DNA of 64,000 nucleotides, from positions 2,400,001 through 2,464,000 of the forward strand of contig OZ224045.1 in assembly GCA_963665325.3 (NCBI GenBank). Reading direction: 5' to 3'. The notes beneath the pieces are model-generated. The model had not been told where the DNA came from, did no database searches, and worked only from the letters and a program-made list of their open reading frames with translations. The position numbers and the translations under genes were made by a program. This DNA is from Alphaproteobacteria bacterium. Its GTDB lineage: Bacteria; Pseudomonadota; Alphaproteobacteria; Bin95. Of this stretch, positions 19,677 to 27,692 are shown piece by piece; the first letter of the stretch is position 1, and each line of letters opens with the position of its first letter.

Positions 19677-20708
19677 ATGGCTCGTTCTTCCGCCAAACGG
19701 GCGGCTTCCCGCTCGCTCGCGAATCTAGCTCCGGACGACGTGAAGTCCGTGGTGGACGACTACGCGGCGATTTACGACGCCGGCGAGCAAGGCAGGAGAG
19801 AGCAGTACCGCTCGCTCGTAAATCATTATTACGACCTTGTGACCGACTTCTACGAGTTCGGCTGGGGCCAGTCCTTTCACTTCGCGCCCCGGCGCCGGGG
19901 TGAGAGCTTCAAGGCGTCGCTGCTCAGGCACCAGCATTTTCTCGGCGACCGGTTGTCCCTGGAGCCGGGGATGCAGGTGCTCGATGTGGGATGCGGGGTC
20001 GGCGGGCCGATGGGCAATCTGGCGCGCTATTCCGGAGCCGGCTTTGTCGGCATCAACAACAACACCTACCAGATCGAGCGCGCCAAACATCACACCCGGG
20101 ATGTCGGGTCGTTGTGCCGCTTCATCCACGGCGACTACATGCGGATTCCCGAAGGAGACGATTGCTACGACGCCGCGTTCGCCATCGAGTCCATGCCCCA
20201 CGCGCCGGACAAGGCGGGGGCGTTCCGCGAAATCCTGCGCGTCCTGCGCCCGGGCGCCTGTTTCGCGGGTTACGAGTGGTGCCTCACCGACGATTTCGAC
20301 CCTGAAAACGCGGAGCACCAGTGGATCAAGAACGAGATCATGGTCGGGGATGCGCTGCCGGAAATCGCCTCCATGCCGGAGATTTGCGACGCCTTGCGCA
20401 CGGCCGGGTTCGAACTGCTGGAAGCCAAGGACCGCGCCCCCGAGTCGGACCCCGGGATGCCCTGGTACCGCGCCCTGCAGGGCCGCGATCTCACTCTTTC
20501 CAGCATCCCGCGCACGCCTTTCGGTCGGGCCCTCACCAATCTGACGCTGCGGGTCGGAGAGAGGCTGCGGCTGTTTCCGGAGGGTTCCCGCGCGGTCAGC
20601 ACGCTGCTGAATGCGGCGGCGGACGCGCTGGTCGAAGGCGGCAGGACCGGCATCTTTACGCCGATGTTCTTCTTCCTCGCCCGCAAGCCCCTGCGCCCGG
20701 AAGACTGA
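19677..20708 (+). CDS. smt: Sterol C-24 methyltransferase (ERG6/SMT family)
   Basis: NHYYDLVTDFYEFGWGQSFHFA (region I), LDVGCGVGGP (II), GINNN-YQ, IESMPHAP (III), LRPG-YEW (IV), C-terminal LVEGG-GIFTPMFFFLARKP. Confidence 0.93.
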   Translation: MARSSAKRAASRSLANLAPDDVKSVVDDYAAIYDAGEQGRREQYRSLVNHYYDLVTDFYEFGWGQSFHFAPRRRGESFKASLLRHQHFLGDRLSLEPGMQVLDVGCGVGGPMGNLARYSGAGFVGINNNTYQIERAKHHTRDVGSLCRFIHGDYMRIPEGDDCYDAAFAIESMPHAPDKAGAFREILRVLRPGACFAGYEWCLTDDFDPENAEHQWIKNEIMVGDALPEIASMPEICDALRTAGFELLEAKDRAPESDPGMPWYRALQGRDLTLSSIPRTPFGRALTNLTLRVGERLRLFPEGSRAVSTLLNAAADALVEGGRTGIFTPMFFFLARKPLRPED

Positions 20709-23700
20709 CCGAAGCCGCTTCGGCGGCAAGGCGGACAGCCGGAATCGACCGGTCCCGGCGGCGGCGCTCGTAAAGACCGAGCGCGTGCAGCGGGAAATAC
20801 TGGCGATAGAGGACGTAGTCCAGCAGGGCCGTTCGGAAGAAAACGCCGGCCATGTCCTGTTTGGGCCACGTCCCTTCTGCCTCCTGCGTGTCCAGCAAGA
20901 ACCTGGCGCCCCGCGAAATAGCGGCCCAATTCGAGTCGCCCGCCTCAAGAAGCGCGATCAGCGCCCAGGCGGTCTGGATGACCTGGCTTTCCTCGTGAGA
21001 GACATAGCGGCCGGTCAGGCACCCGCTGTGATGCTCGCCCCAACCGCCGTCGTCCCGCTGGCGCTCCAGCAGCCAGCGGCAGGCCGAACGCAGCGCCGGA
21101 TCGCCGGGAGACGCCCCGGCGGCAAGAAGACCTCTGACTCCGAACAGGGTGCCGTAAATGAACTGAACGCCCCATACGCCGCGCCACGACCCGTCGGTCT
21201 CCTGGGTCCGGCGCAGCCACGAATCGGCCCGGGAGACGGCATCCGCCACTGCCCCATTTGCGATTCCGGGACAGTGCTCCCTGCACGCGCAGAGCGCCGC
21301 GAGGCAGGACGCGGTACATTCGACAAACGAATGCTCGGTCATCGAGTCGCCGAACATCTCGGCGGGATTCAGCCACTCCAGGCCGAAAGCCGAGCGTCGC
21401 GCCTCGTAGCTGCCGAAGCCGCCGTCGCGGTTCTGGCCGCGCAACATGAACCCCACCGCATCGCCCAGCGCGGCGCTGTCTGCATCGGCGCCCCGGGCGG
21501 CGACAATCCCGAGCACCGCCTCCGCGGTGCAGTCGCTCACCGGCCAGCCATGCCATCCCCCGGCAAAACACCATCCGCCCCTGGGGTCGGTGCGGTAAGC
21601 CTCGCGAAACCCTTCGAAGCTGGTGTCGATCTGCTCGCCCAGCAGGAAACCGGCTCCGCGCCCGAGTGCGTCCCCGACCCCGGCGGGCTCGGGCAGCGCC
21701 GCCAGCGCCTGCAGCGCGAACCCGGTGTCCCAGGAGGCGCTTCTCGCACCGGTCACACGCGCTCCCTGCTCCTCGTCCTCCCAGATCCAGCCGTCCAGCT
21801 GCGCGAGCGCCTCGTGAAAGTCGGGGTCGTCCGGATCGTGGAGCCACAAGGCAAGGATGTTGAGGAGACCGCTGACCGGGGAGATACTGGTGTGGCTGGT
21901 GGTTTGCAGCTCCCACTTTATGCGCCGGACCATGTCTTCCGCGCATCGGGCGCGCAGGCGTTTGCCGTGGAACCGTTCGAACAGCCGGGCAAGCCCGTAT
22001 CCGATCTTGAGCCAGGCGCTCGGCCGCGCGTAGAGGTCTGCATCCCGCAAGCGGTTGCGGGATGCAGAAAAATCGACGCCGGCAAAGCCCTCCGGGAACA
22101 GTTCCTCCCGCAAGGAGGCGATCTCGGGCGTGACGGGCGCCTGGAACCGGCGCGCGTAAATCGCCGCCATCGCCATGTAGATCAGCCGCGTATGGCAGTA
22201 CCAGTTCGAGGGGTGCAAAGGTATCCGGCGCGGCAGGCTCCAGAGCTCCGGCAGAACCGCGGTCACCCCTCGCCAGTCATAGAGGTTGAGAAGCGCCAGC
22301 CAGAACTTCCCCCAGCTCGGAATGGCGAGAACCCCCTCGGCCTGCAGGAACCGCCGGGCCGGCGTGACCAACGGATCGTCCCGCTCGACACCGAGCAGTC
22401 TCGCCGCGACATAGACGAGCGCGGTGACGAACAGGTGCGGCGGCGAATGCTCGTGCAGGCCCCATGAGCCGTCTTCGAGACGGGTCCGTTCGAAGGAGCG
22501 CAGCACACGCCGGCGCCGCCCGGGCTCCAGCGGCCGCCCGATAATGCAGTGCAGCAGCGCATATTGCGCGGTGAGCATGGGGCACCAGACCATCTCGCCT
22601 TCCCAGGCCCCGTCCTCTCTCTGTAGACTCAAAAGGCGCGCGGCTGCGCTCCTCAATGCCGGACCGGCGTCGGGCGATTCGATTTCCTTCGGGCCGGCAG
22701 GCCTGGAGGATTCGACGCCCGGAGACATGGAGTACAGGAACGCGCGGGCCAGTCTGTTCCGGGTCTGCCTGCTCTCCTCCCGGCCCTCGCGACTCGCTTT
22801 CCGCAGCTGCCGAACGCCGCTCTGGAGCCACCAGATGCGAATGGCGAGCGCCCTGAAAATGGCCCGGGTCCGATGCGAAGCGAACCGGCGGAAGGAGAAC
22901 GGATTCTCCCGGGTCAGCGCCCGGGTCACCGTTCCGCAAAATGCGAGAGTCATGCCGATCGCGGAGCGGTCCTCGCAGGCGAGTATCCGCGTGGTCCGGT
23001 CCCGATACGCTGGATTCGCCCGCCAGCCTCGGTAGATCGCGGATCTGAGGGCGACTGCTTCCACGCGATGATCGGCGAAGACCTCGTAGAGCCCCATTGC
23101 GAGGAACTCGGGAATGCGGGTCGCCCGGAAGCGTTCAGCGGTGAAGTCCCGAAAGCGCTCGTTCTCGGCGAGCGTCAGCGCATCGCCGAAACCAAGCGTC
23201 ATGCCGACCGCCGTCATGGGATGGTAGTGCCCGGCCGCGTCGCCGATCAGAACCCGGCGCGGGCTTCCGTATGTGACGCGCGGCCTCAGCTGATTGGCCG
23301 CCGCATGGAATTGGCCCGCCCGCAACGCCTCGACGAAGGCCGGCCCGAGGGCCCCCGGCAGCAGCCCGGCGCAGGATTCCGACAGGAAGGCAACCCGGTC
23401 CCGGGGCGTCCAGCGGTCCAGCGGAAGATCGACGATGACCCGGACGCAGCCGTCGGCCAGAGCGTATATGAGAATCGGACCCGGCCCGCCCAGCACCACA
23501 TGCCCGTAGCCTTCGAAGGGCAAGCCCGCTTCGCCTATCGTGACCCCCAGCATTCGGGAGCATAGCATCGGGTCCGTGGACAGACCCAAAGATTGGCGCA
23601 CGATCGAGGCCCGGCCGTCGGCACCGACAATGCGCGCAGCGGCTATGGAGCGTTCGGCGCCGTTTGCCGAGAAGGTAACGCGCTCGTCATCGACCGCACT

Positions 23701-24090
23701 GACCCGCGCGTGGGAAATGAAATCGACGTCGGCTTCGTCCTCGATGGCTTCGCGGAGGCTCGAGACGAGCAGCGCATGATCGCATGCCAGACCGCGGGAC
23801 CCGTCCGGATAGGGAAGCAGGATCGGATCTGAGCCGTCCTCCGGGAACACCGCAAATCCGTTGCCCGGCGTGCTTCGGGGCAGCGTGTCGATGTCTATCC
23901 CGATGTCGCGCAATATCCTGACGGCCGGCGGATGCAGCCACTCGCCGGCCAAACGCCCCGACGCCTTGGGATTGGCTTCGAGGAGGGCCACCCGGGCACC
24001 CTTGCGCGCATGGGCGAGCGCGCACAGGCTCCCTACCGGGCCCGCGCCGACAATGGCGACATCGTAAGGCCGCTCGGCGGCGCCGCTCAT
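20656..24090 (-). CDS. osc: Squalene epoxidase-oxidosqualene cyclase fusion protein (1144 aa)
   Basis: N-terminal: GAGPVG, GEWLHP, GADG-S-VR, GDAAGHYHPMTAVGMT. C-terminal: QREDGAW, IPSWGKFWLALLNLYDW, WYCHTR, GWPVSDCTAE, several QxxDGxW repeats, YRQYFP. ATG 24090 overlaps the cyp51 stop (ATGA). Confidence 0.93.
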   Translation of the reverse strand: MSGAAERPYDVAIVGAGPVGSLCALAHARKGARVALLEANPKASGRLAGEWLHPPAVRILRDIGIDIDTLPRSTPGNGFAVFPEDGSDPILLPYPDGSRGLACDHALLVSSLREAIEDEADVDFISHARVSAVDDERVTFSANGAERSIAAARIVGADGRASIVRQSLGLSTDPMLCSRMLGVTIGEAGLPFEGYGHVVLGGPGPILIYALADGCVRVIVDLPLDRWTPRDRVAFLSESCAGLLPGALGPAFVEALRAGQFHAAANQLRPRVTYGSPRRVLIGDAAGHYHPMTAVGMTLGFGDALTLAENERFRDFTAERFRATRIPEFLAMGLYEVFADHRVEAVALRSAIYRGWRANPAYRDRTTRILACEDRSAIGMTLAFCGTVTRALTRENPFSFRRFASHRTRAIFRALAIRIWWLQSGVRQLRKASREGREESRQTRNRLARAFLYSMSPGVESSRPAGPKEIESPDAGPALRSAAARLLSLQREDGAWEGEMVWCPMLTAQYALLHCIIGRPLEPGRRRRVLRSFERTRLEDGSWGLHEHSPPHLFVTALVYVAARLLGVERDDPLVTPARRFLQAEGVLAIPSWGKFWLALLNLYDWRGVTAVLPELWSLPRRIPLHPSNWYCHTRLIYMAMAAIYARRFQAPVTPEIASLREELFPEGFAGVDFSASRNRLRDADLYARPSAWLKIGYGLARLFERFHGKRLRARCAEDMVRRIKWELQTTSHTSISPVSGLLNILALWLHDPDDPDFHEALAQLDGWIWEDEEQGARVTGARSASWDTGFALQALAALPEPAGVGDALGRGAGFLLGEQIDTSFEGFREAYRTDPRGGWCFAGGWHGWPVSDCTAEAVLGIVAARGADADSAALGDAVGFMLRGQNRDGGFGSYEARRSAFGLEWLNPAEMFGDSMTEHSFVECTASCLAALCACREHCPGIANGAVADAVSRADSWLRRTQETDGSWRGVWGVQFIYGTLFGVRGLLAAGASPGDPALRSACRWLLERQRDDGGWGEHHSGCLTGRYVSHEESQVIQTAWALIALLEAGDSNWAAISRGARFLLDTQEAEGTWPKQDMAGVFFRTALLDYVLYRQYFPLHALGLYERRRRDRSIPAVRLAAEAASVSLPGAGACGRGRRTSA

Positions 24091-25496
24091 TGGAAAACGC
24101 CCGGCTCCGAACGACGACGGTAGCGGACCCGGCACGGTGTCTCGGGGCCCGTCACCCAGCTGCCGTAATTCGGACGCGGAAACCTGGTACCGGGAAGGAA
24201 GTCGAAGCGGTCGAGCAGAACGGTCCAGATCGCCTTGAGCTGCATGTAGGCGAAATTCTTTCCCATACACGCGTGTTTGCCGCCGCCGAAGCCGATCAGG
24301 GCGTAGTGATGCTGTTTGTCCTCGCTGGCGGGCGGCGCGAAACGGTCCGGGAAGAACTGCTCCGGGTCGGCGAACACATGGGGCAAGCGGTGGGAGACCG
24401 CCGGCGACACCATGGCCATGGCGCCGGCGGGCACGATATTGTCCCCATAGCGCAGGGGGCTGAGCACCTTGCGGATCAGCAATATCAACGGCGGGTGCAG
24501 CCGCTCGCACTCGCGCACGGCATTCTCCAGCACGGTTTGCTGCCGGAGACTCGAGATGCCAATGGCTTCCGCCTCGCGGTAGACGTCGTGCATCTCGTCT
24601 CTGACCCGCTCCAGGTAGGATGGCGCCCTCAGGAGCTCAAGACCGGTCCAGGTCGCGAGCACCGCGCTCGTGTGCTGGCCCGCGAACAGGACCGTCAGCA
24701 GGATCCCCGTTATCTCGTCGTCGCTCGGGGCGCGTCCGTCCTTGTAGCGCGCGTCCATGAGCGTCTGCATGAAATCGTCGGGGCTGGCTCCGAAACGGCG
24801 GCGCGCCGCCATGATCCCGCCGAAGATCTCGGCCACTTTCCGCCGCGCCCTGTCGCGGGTTCGATGGGCGGCTGTAGGAAGTTTGGGGAGAAAGAACCCG
24901 AGCGTGTTTATGCCGTTTTGCAGGTCGTGGTACGCCTCGGCGAAACCGGCGTCCACCTGGTCGCGGACTTCCTGCCCGATGAGGCAGCGGCTGGCGATCT
25001 TAACGGTGAGCTCGTTCATCGCGTGCGGCAGGTCGATTTCCCCGTGCTCGCCGAGGGCATCGGCAAACCGCTTCGTTTCGTCGAACATGATGAGCGCGAA
25101 CCTGCGCATGGCGGCTTCGCGGAGCGCCGGAAACAGGAACCCCAGCTGCTCGGACATGATTTCGGGGGAAGCGTCATAGGCCACGCCGCGTCCGAAGATG
25201 GGTATCGTGAACCGGTAGACGGCCTTGGCGTTCAGCTGTTCCTCGGGCGCCCTGAAATAGAAGTCGTGGGCTTCGGGCCCGGCGAAGAGAACGAAATCGC
25301 GGGGACCGAGCCTGAAGCGGAAGAGCTCGCCATGCTCCCGCCAACCGCGGCTCAGCATGGCGACGGGATCCCTTTGAAACTCCGCCAGATGGCCCAGAAG
25401 CGGCCACCCGCCCGCGAGTTGGGGAGCGCCCTGCTCCACACGCGGCGCGGGCTCCGCCGGATGCAGGGTTGCCGGATTGTGGGACCGGTTCGCCAT
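24087..25496 (-). CDS. cyp51: Sterol 14-alpha-demethylase, cytochrome P450 CYP51
   Basis: CYP51 signature VYRFTIPIFGRGVAYD, I-helix FAGQHTS, ECERLHPP, heme motif FGGGKHACMG. Confidence 0.92.
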   Translation of the reverse strand: MANRSHNPATLHPAEPAPRVEQGAPQLAGGWPLLGHLAEFQRDPVAMLSRGWREHGELFRFRLGPRDFVLFAGPEAHDFYFRAPEEQLNAKAVYRFTIPIFGRGVAYDASPEIMSEQLGFLFPALREAAMRRFALIMFDETKRFADALGEHGEIDLPHAMNELTVKIASRCLIGQEVRDQVDAGFAEAYHDLQNGINTLGFFLPKLPTAAHRTRDRARRKVAEIFGGIMAARRRFGASPDDFMQTLMDARYKDGRAPSDDEITGILLTVLFAGQHTSAVLATWTGLELLRAPSYLERVRDEMHDVYREAEAIGISSLRQQTVLENAVRECERLHPPLILLIRKVLSPLRYGDNIVPAGAMAMVSPAVSHRLPHVFADPEQFFPDRFAPPASEDKQHHYALIGFGGGKHACMGKNFAYMQLKAIWTVLLDRFDFLPGTRFPRPNYGSWVTGPETPCRVRYRRRSEPGVFQ

Positions 25497-25504
25497 CCTC
25501 GCCC

Positions 25505-26605
25505 TCAATGGATAAACGGCAGCATCGAAAAGCGCGCCTGCTGCCTGTAGCGCTCCCACAGCTCGCCATATTTGGCGCGGCAGCGCCGCTCATCGCGCGT
25601 CGAGCGGTGCCATAGCAGGCCCGCCAGCCACGCCGGCAACAGGAAAGGGAACCAGGACGCAAGTCCGGTAGTCAGCGCGAAAGCGAGGTAAACGCAAATC
25701 TCGCCGGTATAATTGAGATGGCGTCCGATGCCCCAGAATCCGGAGACCAGCAGGCGCCCGTCCAGGGTCCGGGCGGGTTGTCCCCAGATCGCGATATCGG
25801 GGTCACGCTTGAAGCGGTGCTTCTGCTGGTTGGCGCCGCGGAAAAGCCAGAAGCCGAAGACGAACAACAGGGCGATCGCCGCCGCGGCGGCCGGAGACAG
25901 CGGTTCCGGTGCGTGAACCAGCCACCAGCCGGGCAGACAGTAGAAGAACGGTACCAGCACGTAGTCGCCCCAGACCAGCATCCACCCGAAGCGCTCGCTG
26001 ATGATGTCCCAGGTGTGGATCATTCCGTGCTCGAACTGGAAGTAGTTGAGCACGTAGAGGAACGTGAAGACCTGATAGAGCGCCATCGCCAGGGTAAGCT
26101 CGCCGTAGGTCTCGTACTGCACGACGGCAAACGATGCGTTGATCAGCGCCAGGCCGATGAGGGAGGGGCGGTAGCTGAAGAACTTCAGGTCCAGCCCGAG
26201 CCAGACCGGGCCGGCATCGACACCGCAGAAGAACCCCCGCAAGAATCCCGGCGATGCGTTGGGCGCCAGCGCCCCCCGCAGATACAGCCAGCCGGCGAGA
26301 GCAAAGGCGAATCCGTTCGCGGCCACGAACAGGGCCGCAAAATGGGTATGCAGCACGGATAGGGAGAACCAGCCGAAGGCCTGCGCGAAGCCTGCCGCGA
26401 GCGCGGCAGCCAGGAACAGCGCGAGGCCGTTGAGCTTGTAGACGCGCTGCCCGCCCTCGGCATCCGGCCCCGCGATGCGGCGGCCGGGCAGCAGCATCGA
26501 TCCCAGGAACAACACCGCGACAAACACCAGCGCCATCGCTGCCGCTTCGAGCAACGCCCCGCCAGAAAGCGCGGACGACAGGTTGGACGCCTCAGACGTG
26601 GGCAT
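25505..26605 (-). CDS. ERG4/ERG24-family sterol reductase, probably delta-14 reductase
   Basis: YKLNG, DLKFFSYRP, TWDIISERFGWMLVWGD (FACKEL-like), LLVSGFWGIGRHLNYTGE, RDERRCRAKYG. Confidence 0.88.
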   Translation of the reverse strand: MPTSEASNLSSALSGGALLEAAAMALVFVAVLFLGSMLLPGRRIAGPDAEGGQRVYKLNGLALFLAAALAAGFAQAFGWFSLSVLHTHFAALFVAANGFAFALAGWLYLRGALAPNASPGFLRGFFCGVDAGPVWLGLDLKFFSYRPSLIGLALINASFAVVQYETYGELTLAMALYQVFTFLYVLNYFQFEHGMIHTWDIISERFGWMLVWGDYVLVPFFYCLPGWWLVHAPEPLSPAAAAAIALLFVFGFWLFRGANQQKHRFKRDPDIAIWGQPARTLDGRLLVSGFWGIGRHLNYTGEICVYLAFALTTGLASWFPFLLPAWLAGLLWHRSTRDERRCRAKYGELWERYRQQARFSMLPFIH

Positions 26606-27692
26606 CGCCCTTCTCCGGTCCACGCGCCAGATACTCGCGCCATTTGCGCACGGTCACTTCCTGAAAGGCCTTCACCACCGGATTGAACTCGACGGGACGG
26701 GCGTCCCAATGTTTCTCGTAGCCCTCCTGCTCCGCTTCGAGCGCAAATTGGTCCTGGGCGAGCAGGGGGCCGATAAGCACACGGTTGGAGATATTCATGA
26801 CCGCGGTCATGGCGAAACGGGGAATGCGCACCGGGAGGAAAGGTATCTTCAGCGACTTGAAGTAGAACAGGAAGAACACCCGGGTGGTGCGCTCATCCAC
26901 AGGCAGTACGAAAAGCCAGTGCTTTATCTCGTCGTCGGTGTTCGACCACTGGTAGGGATATTCGTAGCAGAGCTTCATGCTGTTGGTGTCGAGCCGCTTG
27001 TGGTCCACGAACAGTCCGGAGATGCGCCCGCGCCCGACGCGGGTGTCATAGGCGAGATGCACATCGTCCCCGACGGTCTCGCAGGAGACGAGCTCGGCTC
27101 CGTCGAAGGGCCGGTAGCGGCGGTGCAGATGCGCGTGGGTGAAGTCGCTCACATTGTCGATCACCATCGAGTGATGCGCCGACCAGGTGAAGCGCAGCGG
27201 CACGCAGGTCCACCGGCCAGGGCCCTCAAGCTCGGGAATGTCCGGAATCCGGCGCATTTCGGCCTGCTCAGGATCCCCGGGGAAGAGCCAGATCAGGCCG
27301 TAGCGGACCTTCACCGGATAGGTCTTGAGCGCGAGCCGCGGAAAGCTTCGCCCGTTGCCGTCATACGGGACCCCGGCCGGACGCTCTTTTCCACCGTACT
27401 CCCAGCCATGATAGGCGCATACCAGCCGGCACCCTTCCACATGGCCGATGGAGAGCTTGAGCTGGCGATGCGCGCAGCGGTTCTCGATCGCCTGGAAGGA
27501 GCCGTCCGTTCCGCGAAACAGCGCAATCGAATGTTTCCAGAAGACGACCTCGACCACCGTCCCCGGCTTGACCCGGCGCACTTCCTCGACCGCATACCAG
27601 TAATTCGGGTCCATACCCGCGGCGCGCGCCTGCTGACGCAGGGTGCCCGCGTCCTCGAACCCGGGCGGGTGTGCACTCGGCGCCGGCGTCAT
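26592..27692 (-). CDS. sdmA: Rieske non-heme iron oxygenase, probable sterol C-4 demethylase (SdmA-like)
   Basis: CAHR and CAYHGW Rieske ligands, DNVSDFTHAHLH mononuclear Fe site. The SdmA assignment rests on the sterol operon context and coupling to the SDR. Confidence 0.72.
   Translation of the reverse strand: MTPAPSAHPPGFEDAGTLRQQARAAGMDPNYWYAVEEVRRVKPGTVVEVVFWKHSIALFRGTDGSFQAIENRCAHRQLKLSIGHVEGCRLVCAYHGWEYGGKERPAGVPYDGNGRSFPRLALKTYPVKVRYGLIWLFPGDPEQAEMRRIPDIPELEGPGRWTCVPLRFTWSAHHSMVIDNVSDFTHAHLHRRYRPFDGAELVSCETVGDDVHLAYDTRVGRGRISGLFVDHKRLDTNSMKLCYEYPYQWSNTDDEIKHWLFVLPVDERTTRVFFLFYFKSLKIPFLPVRIPRFAMTAVMNISNRVLIGPLLAQDQFALEAEQEGYEKHWDARPVEFNPVVKAFQEVTVRKWREYLARGPEKGDAHV

Noticed and set aside
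20656-22680. Squalene-hopene cyclase / hopanoid cluster (the SDR resembles HpnA)
   Set aside because: The catalytic motif is DCTAE, not DxDD, and epoxidase, CYP51 and sterol reductase genes are present.
24091-24510. N-terminal extension of the 1284-aa ORF, suggesting a triple fusion
   Set aside because: It overlaps cyp51 in another frame; the real start is ATG 24090, coupled to the cyp51 stop.
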